In this document: piece by piece, positions 1 to 9,995 of the stretch
Layout: the number at the start of each line of letters is the position of its first letter
Numbering within the stretch: the stretch's first letter is position 1
Origin: Candidatus Fervidifonticultor secundus
Lineage (GTDB): Bacteria; Sysuimicrobiota; Sysuimicrobiia; Sysuimicrobiales; Humicultoraceae
Direction of reading: 5' to 3'
Length of the DNA: 64,000 nucleotides
NCBI GenBank assembly: GCA_031459385.1
Contig: JAVKIP010000001.1
Location: 320,001 to 384,000, forward strand
Notes under the pieces: model-generated
The model's input: only the letters and a program-made list of their open reading frames with translations
The model's database searches: none
Told to the model about the DNA's origin: nothing
Translations under genes and position numbers: made by a program

Positions 1-131
1 TCCCCATGGGCCGCTTCGGGCGGCCTGACGATATCGTCGCGCTGGCGCTCTACCTGGCCAGCGACGAGTCGGCCTGGACCAACGGCGCCGTGCTGGTGGT
101 GGACGGCGGGATCACGTCGAACTACTTCTGA
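1..131 (+). CDS. SDR family oxidoreductase, C-terminal fragment (truncated by window start)
   Basis: Frame from nt 3 reads [42 protein letters not shown], a typical SDR C-terminus; TGA at 129-131. Confidence 0.85.
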   Translation, partial: PMGRFGRPDDIVALALYLASDESAWTNGAVLVVDGGITSNYF

Positions 132-162
132 TCGGACAAGGTGCGCGCGGCCAGGTTCACGG

Positions 163-1020
163 CTACGGGCGGATGTCGCTATCCAGCGGCTCCATGGTCC
201 ACGCCCCACCCCGCACCACGGCCACCTCGGTGCAGCCTGCCTCCCGCAGGAGCGCCTCGGCGTCGGCGTGGTGGTCGGTGACCTGGGCCGGGATGTGGGC
301 GTCGGTGGTCACCAGCAGCCGGAGGCCGCGCGCGCGGCACCGGCGCAGGATCCACGGGCTGGGATACGGGCTGCGCACCGCGTCGCGCCAGCCTGCCGTG
401 TTGAGCTCGACGATGAGGTCGGCACGCGCGCAGGCCTGGAGCGTCGCCTCCACCTCGCGGACGTACCACGGCTCGTCCTCGCGGAAGTACCGGTTGCCGT
501 CGTTCCACTTCTTCACACGGTCGAGGTGCCCGACGATCGCCACCCGACCCCACGCCGCCAGGCCCCGCACGCGCTCGTAGTAGGCACCCACCAGCCGGCG
601 GATCTCGCCGCCGAACCAGCGGCGCAGGCCGGCTTCGAAACCGCGCCGGGTGAGGTCGTAAGCCCACGGCACGCCGGCGGCGCTGGTGCCGATGAAGTGC
701 ACCGACCCGATGAGGTACTCGAAGGGGGAGCCGGCCACCAGCGCCCACAGCGCGTCGTGGCGCTCGGGGATGTAGTCGAACTCCAGCGCCAGGTGCACGT
801 CCAGGCGCCCGCGCCAGGCCTCGCGCACCCGCGCGACGTCGGCGCAGTACGCGGGCAGGTCGGCCGCGCGCATCGCCGCCTCATCCGGGAAGTCCAGCGG
901 CGCGTGGCTGGAGATCCCCAGGGCGGCCAGCCCCGCGGCGGCCGCCGCCTGCGCGTAGGCGTCGATCTCGCCCTCGCCGTCGCAGTAGCGGTTGTGGGTG
1001 TGGTAGGCGGTGCGGATCAG
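163..1020 (-). CDS. Histidinol-phosphatase HisJ-like PHP family phosphatase
   Basis: YHTHNRYCDG, SSHAP, GSVH, GHLD, ELNT and TTDAH PHP motifs in the 3' part of ORF 163..1998; start placed at CTG 1018-1020 (overlaps upstream stop, SD GGAAGGAG 10 nt upstream). Confidence 0.8.
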   Translation of the reverse strand: MIRTAYHTHNRYCDGEGEIDAYAQAAAAAGLAALGISSHAPLDFPDEAAMRAADLPAYCADVARVREAWRGRLDVHLALEFDYIPERHDALWALVAGSPFEYLIGSVHFIGTSAAGVPWAYDLTRRGFEAGLRRWFGGEIRRLVGAYYERVRGLAAWGRVAIVGHLDRVKKWNDGNRYFREDEPWYVREVEATLQACARADLIVELNTAGWRDAVRSPYPSPWILRRCRARGLRLLVTTDAHIPAQVTDHHADAEALLREAGCTEVAVVRGGAWTMEPLDSDIRP

Positions 1021-1916
1021 AGTGACGCGGCTCCTTCCGTGTGGAACGGGCCCGCCGGCGCCCGCAGGAGCTCCGCCAGGATCTCCAGGCCGCGGACGAT
1101 GCGCGGGCCCGGCCGGTTGAAGTAGGCGCTGGCGTCGGTGAGGTAGACACGCCCGGCCCGCACCGCCGGCAGGCCGTCCCAGCCGGGGCGGCCGGTCAGC
1201 AGGTGCTGTTCGCTGCGCGTGCGCGCCATGTCGAAGCCGCAGGGCATGATGACCACCACGTCGGGTGCGGCCTCCCGCACCTGCTCCCAGTCGACGACGC
1301 ACGAGTCCCGGCGCGCGTGTCCGAGTACGTCGACCCCGCCGGCGATCTCCACCATCTCGGGCACCCAGTGTCCGGCGACGAAGAGCGGGTCGAGCCACTC
1401 CAGGCAGACGACCCGCGGCTGCGGGACCGGCGGCGGCAGGCGTCGCACGCGGTCGATGCGCCCGCGGAGTGCCGCCACCAGCGCGCCGGCGGCGTCGTCG
1501 GCGCCCGCCCGCCGCCCCACCTCCAGGATCGTCTCCAGGATGTCGTCGAGCCCGTGGGGCTCCAGCGACACGATCTGCGGCGCGCCGGCCAGCACCCGCG
1601 CGGCCTGACGCACCTCGGGGAACGAGGGCGCGCACACCTGGCAGAGCTCCTGGGTGAGGATCAGGTCGGGCGCCAGGGCCGCGAGCTGGGCCGCGTCCAG
1701 ATGGTAGACACTGGTCCCGGCATGGAGCGTGCGGCGGATGGCTGCGTCGATCTCGGCGCTCGGCCAGGCGGCGGTGACCACCGCCTGGGCGAGCACCGGG
1801 AGCCCGCGGACGTCCGGCGGCCAGTCGCAGTCGTGCGAGACACCCACGAGTCGGTCGCGCAACCCCAACGCGCAGGCGATCTCGGTGGCGCTGGGCAGGA
1901 GCGAGACGATCCTCAT
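1017..1916 (-). CDS. Cobalamin/iron-siderophore-type periplasmic binding protein family (BtuF-like)
   Basis: MRIVSLLPSATEI, LVGVSHDCDWP, PDLILTQELC, GHWVPEMVEIAGG, FNRPGPR; no clear signal peptide. Confidence 0.8.
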   Translation of the reverse strand: MRIVSLLPSATEIACALGLRDRLVGVSHDCDWPPDVRGLPVLAQAVVTAAWPSAEIDAAIRRTLHAGTSVYHLDAAQLAALAPDLILTQELCQVCAPSFPEVRQAARVLAGAPQIVSLEPHGLDDILETILEVGRRAGADDAAGALVAALRGRIDRVRRLPPPVPQPRVVCLEWLDPLFVAGHWVPEMVEIAGGVDVLGHARRDSCVVDWEQVREAAPDVVVIMPCGFDMARTRSEQHLLTGRPGWDGLPAVRAGRVYLTDASAYFNRPGPRIVRGLEILAELLRAPAGPFHTEGAASL

Positions 1917-3286
1917 CGTGCCTTCCATCGCAGGCCGCGGCGGAAAGGTCCCGCCGCCCGCGGCGGCGCGGCCCCCGGCGTGCCGCCAGGCAACACACCC
2001 ACAGGCGGGACCGCCTCGGGGGCGACCGCCGGCCCTGCGGGGGACCCGCGCGCCCGTGCGACCTCCTCGGGCGGCCGGACGTGGCGGAAGCACGCGAACA
2101 GCAGCAGGTCGTAGGCGATCTTCAGAGCGCCGGCGATGACGAAGGGCGCTTCCAGCCCGACGACCTGCATCGAGGCCCCCGCCACCAGCGGGGTCGTGGC
2201 CTGCGCCACGTTGCGCACGATGTTGGTGAGGCCGGCAGCCGCGATGCGCTCCTCGGGATCGACGACGGCCACGACGTAGGACTGCCGCACCGGCACGTCC
2301 ATCTGTGACAGCGCAAACCGCGCCAGCAGCAGGCCTACCGCCCACGCCAGCGACGGCGCCAGCGGGATGGCTACGAGCAGCACGTTGGACGGCAGGTGGG
2401 TGGCGACCATGGTGGTGATGAGCCCGATCCGCTCGCCCAGCCGCCCGGCGGCGTAGAACGAGGCCGCCTGGAGGAGCCCGGCGACCAGGAAGACGGGGCC
2501 CAGCACCTCGGGGCCGGCGCCCCACCGCGCGCTGAAGTAAAACGCGATCATGCTCTGCACGACGAACCCGCCCGCCAGCGAGTCCACGACGAACAGCGCG
2601 GCCAGCCGCAGGACGGTGACCCGCGAGCGCTGGAGACCGCCGCGCGCGGCGGCTGGCGCCGCCTCGACCTGGGGGCTCAGCCGGCTGAACAACCCCAGCG
2701 TCACCAGCCCGAGCGCAGCATATGCCAGGAACATCACGCGGAACGCCCCGTCGGCCGTCATCCCAGCCCGCTGCAGCAGCGCCGGCGCACCGGCCGCCAG
2801 CGCGCCGAGCGAGCCGGCCAGGGCACCCAGCAGGTTATAGAGTGAGAAGGCGCGGGTGCGGCGCTCGGGGGAGGTCGCCAGCGGCAGTATCGCCTGCTCC
2901 AGGGAGAGAAACGGGCCGACCTCGCCCGTGGTCACGCCGACCGTGCCGGTGAGGGAGGCCAGGATCAGCACCGGGTACGACGTGGTCGCGGCGAAGGCCC
3001 CGCCACTGCCAGCCATGCACAGCGCGGCCAGCTGGAGGATGCGGCGCCGACCGTAGCGATCCGCGGTGGCAGTGAAGACCGCCGTGAGGACGGCAGACCC
3101 CAGCAGGGTCGCCGTGAGGATGGCGCCGACCTGCCACGGCGCCCAGCCCGCCCGGTCCAGGTAGATCCCCAGGAGCACCGACTGGAAGCCGTAGGCGAAC
3201 GTGCGCACGGCCCGCGCGGCCAGAATGCGCCGGCCGTCGGGGGCGAGCCAGGCGCGGGCGGGGGTGGACAGGCGACCCGCGTTCAC
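1913..3286 (-). CDS. MFS transporter
   Basis: About 12 hydrophobic segments, ADRYGRRR and GRLGERIG motif A; GTG start at 3286 inferred. Confidence 0.85.
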   Translation of the reverse strand: MNAGRLSTPARAWLAPDGRRILAARAVRTFAYGFQSVLLGIYLDRAGWAPWQVGAILTATLLGSAVLTAVFTATADRYGRRRILQLAALCMAGSGGAFAATTSYPVLILASLTGTVGVTTGEVGPFLSLEQAILPLATSPERRTRAFSLYNLLGALAGSLGALAAGAPALLQRAGMTADGAFRVMFLAYAALGLVTLGLFSRLSPQVEAAPAAARGGLQRSRVTVLRLAALFVVDSLAGGFVVQSMIAFYFSARWGAGPEVLGPVFLVAGLLQAASFYAAGRLGERIGLITTMVATHLPSNVLLVAIPLAPSLAWAVGLLLARFALSQMDVPVRQSYVVAVVDPEERIAAAGLTNIVRNVAQATTPLVAGASMQVVGLEAPFVIAGALKIAYDLLLFACFRHVRPPEEVARARGSPAGPAVAPEAVPPVGVLPGGTPGAAPPRAAGPFRRGLRWKAR

Positions 3287-3428
3287 ACCGGGGCTTTCGG
3301 CGCGCCCCCGGCTTCGATCCTGGCTCCGGCGGGAAGTGCGGCCGCCGGCCGCGAAGAAGACCATATCCCCGGGGGGCGCGATGCAGCCGGCCCGGTCCCG
3401 TGCCCGCTGCAACCGGAGGTGGGACGAG

Positions 3429-5033
3429 GTGGTCATCGAGGAAGGCATCCGGAGCCGTCACGGGCTGGAGATGCAGGGAATCCAGCCGGGCGCGGTGGCC
3501 TGGAACCTGCCCCCGGCCGCGCTGTACGAGCATGCGATCCGGCGACGGGAGGGGCACATCGCCGCGCACGGCCAGCTGGTGGTGGTGACCGTGCCGCACA
3601 CCGGACGGTCGCCGCAGGACAAGTTCGTCGTCCAGGAGCCGTCCAGCGACGCCCACATCTGGTGGGGGAAGTACAACCGCCCGATCGCGCCGGAGAACTT
3701 CGAGCGGTTGTACCGGCGCCTGCAGGCCTACCTCGGCGGCCGGGAGTTGTTCGTCCAGGATCTGCTGGTCTGCGCCGACCCGCGCTACCGCCGGTACGTC
3801 CGGGTCATCACGGAATACGCCTGGCACAGCCTGTTCGCCCGGACGATGTTCATCGTGCCCGACGCCGGCGCCCGGGCCCAGCACACTCCCGAGATCACCG
3901 TCATCGACGCGCCCGGCTTCCTGGCCCACCCCGCTGAGGACGGCACGCGCTCCGAGGTCTTCATTTTGCTGCACCCGGCCCGCAAGCTGATCCTGATTGG
4001 CGGGACCACGTACGGCGGCGAGATCAAGAAGTCGGTGTTCACCCTGTTGAACTACCTGCTGCCGCTGGAGGGCGTGCTCTCCATGCACTGCTCGGCTAAC
4101 CGGGGGCCCGCGGGCGACGTGGCGCTGTTCTTCGGGCTCTCGGGCACGGGGAAGACCACGCTGTCGGTGGAGCCCGACCGCGCCCTGATCGGCGACGACG
4201 AGCACGGGTGGTCGGAGGAGGGGATCTTCAACTTCGAGGGCGGCAGCTACGCCAAGACGATCCGGCTCTCGCGAGAGCGCGAGCCCCAGATCTACCAGGC
4301 CTCGCACATGTTTGGGACCGTGCTGGAGAACGTGGTGATGGACCCGACGACCCGCGAGCTGGACCTGGACGACGACTCGCTGACGGAGAACACCCGCGCC
4401 GCGTTCCCCATCACCTACATGCCCAACGTCTGGCCGAGCGGCGTGGCCGGGCACCCGCGGGCAGTGGTGTTCCTCACCTGCGACGCCTTCGGCGTCATGC
4501 CGCCCATCGCCCGCCTGACCACGGAACAGGCGATGTACCACTTCCTGGCCGGGTACACCGCCATCGTGGCCGGGACCGAGAAGGGCATCACCGAGCCGAC
4601 CGCCACGTTCTCTGCCTGCTTCGGCGCGCCGTTCATGGCGCAGCGCCCCACGGTCTACGCGCGCATGTTCGGCGAGCGCATCACGCGCCACGGGACTGCG
4701 GTCTGGCTGGTGAACACTGGATGGAGCGGCGGCGCCCAGGGGGCGGGCGGTGACCGCATCAACCTGGCGTACACGCGGGCCATGGTGCGCGCGGCGGTGA
4801 CGGGTGCGCTGGATGATGTGCCGGTCGCGCCCGATCCCGTCTTCGGCGTGCTGGTGCCCGAGCGTGTGCCGGGCGTGCCGGCCGAGATCCTGCAGCCGCG
4901 GGCGACGTGGGCCGACCCCGCAGCGTACGACGCCAAGGCCCGCGACCTCGCGGCGATGTTCCACCGCGCGTTCGAGGAGTTCGCGCCGCACACCTCCGAG
5001 GCCGTCCGGGCCGCCGGGCCGCGGGTGTCGTAG
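3429..5033 (+). CDS. pckA: Phosphoenolpyruvate carboxykinase (ATP)
   Basis: HTGRSPQDKF, YGGEIKKS, MHCSAN, GLSGTGKTT, LIGDDEHGW, NFEGGSYAK, TENTRA; SD GGAGGT before GTG 3429. Confidence 0.97.
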   Translation: MVIEEGIRSRHGLEMQGIQPGAVAWNLPPAALYEHAIRRREGHIAAHGQLVVVTVPHTGRSPQDKFVVQEPSSDAHIWWGKYNRPIAPENFERLYRRLQAYLGGRELFVQDLLVCADPRYRRYVRVITEYAWHSLFARTMFIVPDAGARAQHTPEITVIDAPGFLAHPAEDGTRSEVFILLHPARKLILIGGTTYGGEIKKSVFTLLNYLLPLEGVLSMHCSANRGPAGDVALFFGLSGTGKTTLSVEPDRALIGDDEHGWSEEGIFNFEGGSYAKTIRLSREREPQIYQASHMFGTVLENVVMDPTTRELDLDDDSLTENTRAAFPITYMPNVWPSGVAGHPRAVVFLTCDAFGVMPPIARLTTEQAMYHFLAGYTAIVAGTEKGITEPTATFSACFGAPFMAQRPTVYARMFGERITRHGTAVWLVNTGWSGGAQGAGGDRINLAYTRAMVRAAVTGALDDVPVAPDPVFGVLVPERVPGVPAEILQPRATWADPAAYDAKARDLAAMFHRAFEEFAPHTSEAVRAAGPRVS

Positions 5034-5061
5034 GCCCGCAGGGTGCAGGAGCACACCGGCC

Positions 5062-6150
5062 GTGAGCGCGCACCGGCGCATCGGCGTCCTGACCGGCGGC
5101 GGCGACTGTCCCGGGCTGAATGCCGTCATCCGGGCGGTGGTGCTGGCGGCCGTGCGGGGATTCGGATGGGAGGTCGTCGGCATCCTCGACGGGTTCGACG
5201 GCCTGTTGCACGACCGCACCCGCCTGCTCGGGATCGAGGAGGTCCGGGGCATCCTCGCCCAGGGCGGCACCATCCTGGGCACGTCGAACCGGGGTAACCC
5301 CTTCGCGTGGCCGGTGGTCCGCGACGGGCGCACCGAGATCATCGATGCGTCGTCGCTGGTCCTGGAGCGGCTGCGGGCACTGGACCTGCACGCCCTGGTG
5401 GTGATCGGCGGCGACGGCACGCTCCACATCGCCCAGAGCCTCTACGAGATGGGCGCGCCCGTGGTGGGGATTCCCAAGACCATCGACAACGACATCGCGG
5501 CGACCGACGTCACGTTCGGCTTCGACACCGCGCGCCTGACGGCCACCGAGGCGATCGACAAGCTGCACTCCACCGCCGAGAGCCACCACCGCGTCATGGT
5601 GGTGGAGACGATGGGCCGCAACGCCGGGTGGATCGCTCTCGAGTCGGGCATCGCCGGCGGGGCCAACGTGGTGCTGATCCCCGAGATCCCCTTCCGCCTG
5701 GAGGCGGTGGCCGCCGCCATCGAGGACCGCGCGCAGCGCGGCCGGCCGTGGTCGATCGTGGTCGCCGCCGAGGGCGCGCACCCCGAGGGCGGGGTGCAGG
5801 TCTACCAGGACACCGGCGGCCCCGGCCGCCTGCCGCGCCTGGGGGGGATCGCCCAACAGGTCGCCTCACGCCTGGGCGAGTACACGGGGCGCGAGACGCG
5901 CTCGCTGGTGCTGGGCCACCTGCAGCGGGGCGGCAGCCCCACGCCCTTCGACCGGCTGCTGGCCACGCGCTTCGGCGTGCGGGCCACCGAGTGCGTGGCC
6001 GCCGGACGCCTGGGCGTCATGGTGGCGCTGCGCGGCACCGACCTCATCGATGTGCCCATCGCCGAGGCGATCGCCACGCCCAAGCGCGTGCCGCCCGACG
6101 GCCAGCTGGTGCGGACGGCGAAGGCGCTAGGGATGTCGGTGGGTGTATAG
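5062..6150 (+). CDS. pfkA: 6-phosphofructokinase (group III / mixed-substrate type)
   Basis: TGGGDCPGLNAVIR, GGTILGTS, GGDGT, PKTIDND, ETMGRNAGW, LGHLQRGG. Confidence 0.93.
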   Translation: MSAHRRIGVLTGGGDCPGLNAVIRAVVLAAVRGFGWEVVGILDGFDGLLHDRTRLLGIEEVRGILAQGGTILGTSNRGNPFAWPVVRDGRTEIIDASSLVLERLRALDLHALVVIGGDGTLHIAQSLYEMGAPVVGIPKTIDNDIAATDVTFGFDTARLTATEAIDKLHSTAESHHRVMVVETMGRNAGWIALESGIAGGANVVLIPEIPFRLEAVAAAIEDRAQRGRPWSIVVAAEGAHPEGGVQVYQDTGGPGRLPRLGGIAQQVASRLGEYTGRETRSLVLGHLQRGGSPTPFDRLLATRFGVRATECVAAGRLGVMVALRGTDLIDVPIAEAIATPKRVPPDGQLVRTAKALGMSVGV

Positions 6151-6179
6151 ACGCTGGCGGGGCAGTCCCGGCAGGAAAC

Positions 6180-6228
6180 TGGCGCGTCACAAAGAAATTG
6201 TCGAAATAATCGATTACTAATCGCGCCA
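6180..6228. promoter_or_regulatory. AT-rich upstream region of GntR gene with palindrome TAATCGATTA (putative operator)
   Basis: AAAGAAATTGTCGAAATAATCGATTACTAAT in a GC-rich context; perfect 10-bp palindrome at 6207-6216. Confidence 0.45.
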
Positions 6229-6974
6229 TGGATCCAGCAGTAGTCGAGCTGAAGCTGCCCTTCAACACCGTCGGTGAGGCGGTGACGGGTGATCTACGGG
6301 AAGCGATCCTGTCCGGCCGCCTGCGCCAGGGTGAGTTCCTGCGGCAGCGTGCGCTGGCAGGACGGTACGGCGTCAGCGAGGTTGTCGTTCGGGAAGCCTT
6401 GCGCAGGCTCGAGGTCGAGGGACTCGTGGAGATCCTGCCGCGCCGGGGTGCCCGTGTCAGCCAGCTGGCGGTGGCCGATCTGCACGAGCTGTACGACCTC
6501 CGTATCTTCCTCGAAGAGCTGCTGACGCGATCCGCGGTACCCAACTGCACTCCCGACGACCTGACGCGGGCCGAGTCGCTGCTGGGGCAGATGGCGCTGG
6601 AGCGGGATCCCGTACGGTGGCTGCGGCTGAACCGCGATTTCCATACCGTCCTGTGCCGGCCCAGCGGCCGACCTCGTCTGTTGCGCCTGCACGAAGAGCT
6701 GCGCATTGCGTCCGAACGCTACCTGCGTGTGAGCCTGGCGCTGCTCAGTCGTTTCGATGTCGCGCAACGCGAGCACGAACAGATCCTGGAGGCCTATCGC
6801 CGACGTGAGCCGGCAGCCGCGGCGGCGTTGGCCGGTGCCCACCTGCGGCAGGTGCGGGACATGATCGCCGCGTTCCTGCAGGGCGTCGGAGCGAGGCCGT
6901 CGCAGGATGCGGAGGATGATGCAGGCAGTGCAGGGAGGTCTGCGTCCCCTGCGGGGACCGGAACGCCGACCTGA
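6228..6974 (+). CDS. GntR family regulator (FCD domain)
   Basis: LREAILSGRL..G..L, GVS..VVREALRRLE.EGLV HTH; NRDFH and EHEQILEA FCD motifs. Confidence 0.92.
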   Translation: MDPAVVELKLPFNTVGEAVTGDLREAILSGRLRQGEFLRQRALAGRYGVSEVVVREALRRLEVEGLVEILPRRGARVSQLAVADLHELYDLRIFLEELLTRSAVPNCTPDDLTRAESLLGQMALERDPVRWLRLNRDFHTVLCRPSGRPRLLRLHEELRIASERYLRVSLALLSRFDVAQREHEQILEAYRRREPAAAAALAGAHLRQVRDMIAAFLQGVGARPSQDAEDDAGSAGRSASPAGTGTPT

Positions 6975-7014
6975 CGGGCAACAGTCACCCGATTACTCCA
7001 CGGGAGGTGGCACC

Positions 7015-8034
7015 ATGTACGATCGAGGGCATTGTCGATGGCGGGTACTGGTGGCGGTGGCGGCGCTGGTGGCCATCGTGCCGTGGGTGGATATCGGGCT
7101 CGGCAGCGCCCAGGCACCGCTGACGCTGAAGTGGGCGCTCATCACGCCCGAAACGTTTCCGTATATGGACGGTGCCCGCAAGTTCAAAGAGTTGATCGAG
7201 CAGCGGTCGGGCAGCCGGATTCGCGTCGAGATCTTCCCCGGCGGCCAGCTCGGCGCCGAACGGGACATCAACGAGGCGATTCTGGAGGGCGCGATTCACA
7301 TCGGCGTCGGCGCCGGGGCTATGGCCAACCTGGCGCCGATCTACAACCTGGTGCAGGTGCCGTTCCTGATCCAGGGGCAGGACCACATGGAGCGGATCGC
7401 GCTGGGGCCCACGGGAGCCAAAGTGGCGCGCCGCATCGAAGAGCAGGCGCGGTTCCGGGTCCTGGCGTGGTTCAGCACGGGCGACAGCGCCATCGAGACC
7501 GTGAAGAAACCCGTGCGGCACCCCAACGACTTGCGCGGCGTGAAGATTCGCATTATCGAGAACCCCATTTTGCGGGTGACGTTCCTGGCGTTTGCGGCCA
7601 ACCCCACACCCATGCCCTACACCGAAATCTACACCGGCCTGCGGCAGGGGGTGATCGAGGGAGCACACCTGGACGTGGTCTCGGTGGACGCGCTGAAGAT
7701 CTACGAGATCGCCAAGTACATCACCGACTGGGAGCAGATCGCATTCCTGGCGGAGCCGCGGCCGGTGATCATGAACGCCAGGTTCGTCGACGGCCTGCCC
7801 GAGGCCGACCGGAAGCTGATCCAGGACGCGATGCTGGAGGCGGCGGCGCACGAACGGCGCGTGTTTCGCGAGCGCATGAAGACCATCCGCCGGACGCTGG
7901 TGGAGAAAGGGATGCAGATCACCCCGGTCGACGCCGAAGCGTTCGTGACCCGCGTGCGTCCCATCTGGCGGCAGTGGGCGACAGATCTCAAGGCGGAGGA
8001 CATCCTGGACGAGATCGTCAGGCTCCGGCGGTAG
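7015..8034 (+). CDS. dctP: TRAP transporter substrate-binding protein
   Basis: Signal peptide, FPGGQLG, DLRGVKIR, PTPMPYTEIYTGLRQGVIEG; SD GGGAGG before ATG 7015. Confidence 0.92.
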   Translation: MYDRGHCRWRVLVAVAALVAIVPWVDIGLGSAQAPLTLKWALITPETFPYMDGARKFKELIEQRSGSRIRVEIFPGGQLGAERDINEAILEGAIHIGVGAGAMANLAPIYNLVQVPFLIQGQDHMERIALGPTGAKVARRIEEQARFRVLAWFSTGDSAIETVKKPVRHPNDLRGVKIRIIENPILRVTFLAFAANPTPMPYTEIYTGLRQGVIEGAHLDVVSVDALKIYEIAKYITDWEQIAFLAEPRPVIMNARFVDGLPEADRKLIQDAMLEAAAHERRVFRERMKTIRRTLVEKGMQITPVDAEAFVTRVRPIWRQWATDLKAEDILDEIVRLRR

Positions 8035-8139
8035 GGCGCATGGCGCTGGTGGGGTCAGAGGCACGTTCCTGCCGTTGCGGGTGAGCCAGGGCGCTGAGGT
8101 CGCCGGGAGGGTCCGGCCAGGGAGCCGGCCGGCGCGGGT

Positions 8140-8685
8140 GTGCCAGCCGTGATGGCGTGGATCGACCGGGTCGTGCGGTTCCTGATCGGGCTGCTGATGG
8201 CGGGGATCTTGATCGTGGTCCTCCTGGCTGTGTTCTTCCGGTACGTGCTGAACGCGGCACTGTTCTGGGGTGAGGAAGTCGCTCGATACCTCACGGTGTG
8301 GGTGATCTTCCTCTCCATGAGCGTCGCCTACGGCAGCGGTGCGCACGTTCGCGTCACGGCGCTGCTCGACCGGGTGCACCCGAGGGCCCGCCGGCGCGCC
8401 GACCTCGTCGCCGCCGTCCTGGAGGTTGCGCTGTTGGGGCTCTTGACCTGGTACGGGGTGGTGCTCGCAGCGAACAACCTGCAGCGGGGGCAGCGCTCGC
8501 CGGCCCTGCAGATACCCATCGGCTGGGTGTATCTGGCCGTGCCTGCGGGCGCGGGGCTCAGTCTGCTCCACGCGGTGGCGCGGGTGGGGGCCTTGCTGGG
8601 GAGGTGGTCCCAGCCCATGACAGCAGAGCAGGGGTCGGCCGCGGGCCTCGGCGACCCCCTGCGCGCACCTGGCCGGAGCCGATGA
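8140..8685 (+). CDS. dctQ: TRAP transporter small permease
   Basis: VFFRYVLN, WGEEVARYL, HVRV, SPALQIP; 4 TM segments. Confidence 0.9.
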   Translation: MPAVMAWIDRVVRFLIGLLMAGILIVVLLAVFFRYVLNAALFWGEEVARYLTVWVIFLSMSVAYGSGAHVRVTALLDRVHPRARRRADLVAAVLEVALLGLLTWYGVVLAANNLQRGQRSPALQIPIGWVYLAVPAGAGLSLLHAVARVGALLGRWSQPMTAEQGSAAGLGDPLRAPGRSR

Positions 8686-9968
8686 TCGCCCTTACGCTGG
8701 CGTTCTTCGGCCTGCTCCTGCTGGGCCTGCCGGTGGCGTTGGCCCTGGCAGGCGCCGGGATCCTGTACCTGCTGCTGCATGGCACGCCTCTGACGGTGGC
8801 GCCGCAGCGAATGTTTGTCGCCGCCGACGATTTCACCCTCATGGCGATTCCGCTGTTCATCCTCGCGGGCTACCTGATGAACGAGACCGGGATCACCCGG
8901 CGGCTGGTGCGGTTCGCGGTGCTGCTCCTGGGGCGCATCAACGGCGGACTGTCCTACGCCAACATCGGGGTCTGCATGGTGTTTGGCGGCATCACGGGCG
9001 TGGCGGCGGCAGAAGTGGCCGCGGTCGGCACGGTCTTGATCCCGGCCATGGAGGAGGACGGCCACGACCGGGAGTACGCCACGGCCCTGACGCTGGCCGG
9101 GTCGCTCATGGGGCCCATCATCCCCCCCAGCGTCCCGCTCCTCATCTACGGCATTCAGGCGGAGGTGTCGATAGGCAAACTGTTCCTCGCAGGCGTGGTG
9201 CCGGGTGCGTTGATCGCCGTGGCGCTGGCGGTCCTCAACTTTGTCCTGCTCAGGCGCACGGGGTTTCGGAGCCGGTTGCCTCAGGCACGGCGCCCGCGGG
9301 GTGTGGAGTTCTGGCGGGCATGCGGCGAGGCGGCGCTGGCCTTGGTGATGCCCCTGGTGGTTGTCGGGGGTATCGTCGCGGGGGTGTTCACGCCCACGGA
9401 GTCGGCGGGCATTGCGGTGGCCTACGCGCTGTTCGTGGGGCTAATGGTTTTTCGCACGCTTCACCTGCGCGCGCTCCCCCGCATCTTCGTCCAGGCCGGA
9501 ATTACCAGCGGGGTTGTCATGGTGATCGTGGCGGCCTCGGCAGTGTTGAACTGGGTGCTGGCGTACGGCCAGATCCCCACCCTCGTGGCCCAGTCGCTGC
9601 TGCGGTGGACTGATGACCCCCATGTCTTCATGCTGCTGGTGATCGTGGTGCTGCTCATCGTGGGTATGCCGCTGGATCCCGTGCCGGCCCTGATCGTGCT
9701 GACGCCGGTCCTGCTCCCCGCCGCCAGAAGCTACGGAGTCGACCTGGTGCACTTCGGGACCGTGATGGTGTTCACGCTGGTGATCGGGCTCCTGACGCCG
9801 CCTGTGGGCGCTAGCCTGTTTGTAGGCAGTGCGGTGTCCGGCATCTCCCTGGAGCGGCTGAGTGTGGTGGTGCTGCCGTTTGTCGCGGTGCTGCTGGCCG
9901 TGGCCCTGGTGCTGGCGTTCATACCCGGGCTGTCGGTGTGGTTGCCGGTGGCGCTACTGGGGCGATGA
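8682..9968 (+). CDS. dctM: TRAP transporter large permease
   Basis: LMAIPLFILAGYLM, GPIIPPS, FTPTES, GLLTPPVG; ATGA overlap with dctQ stop. Confidence 0.93.
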   Translation: MIALTLAFFGLLLLGLPVALALAGAGILYLLLHGTPLTVAPQRMFVAADDFTLMAIPLFILAGYLMNETGITRRLVRFAVLLLGRINGGLSYANIGVCMVFGGITGVAAAEVAAVGTVLIPAMEEDGHDREYATALTLAGSLMGPIIPPSVPLLIYGIQAEVSIGKLFLAGVVPGALIAVALAVLNFVLLRRTGFRSRLPQARRPRGVEFWRACGEAALALVMPLVVVGGIVAGVFTPTESAGIAVAYALFVGLMVFRTLHLRALPRIFVQAGITSGVVMVIVAASAVLNWVLAYGQIPTLVAQSLLRWTDDPHVFMLLVIVVLLIVGMPLDPVPALIVLTPVLLPAARSYGVDLVHFGTVMVFTLVIGLLTPPVGASLFVGSAVSGISLERLSVVVLPFVAVLLAVALVLAFIPGLSVWLPVALLGR

Positions 9969-9995
9969 GAGGCGAACGCTCTGCGCGGGAGGAGG

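Noticed and set aside
1916..3428. Cobalamin riboswitch upstream of the BtuF-like gene/operon
   Set aside because: No B12-box or core motifs recognised
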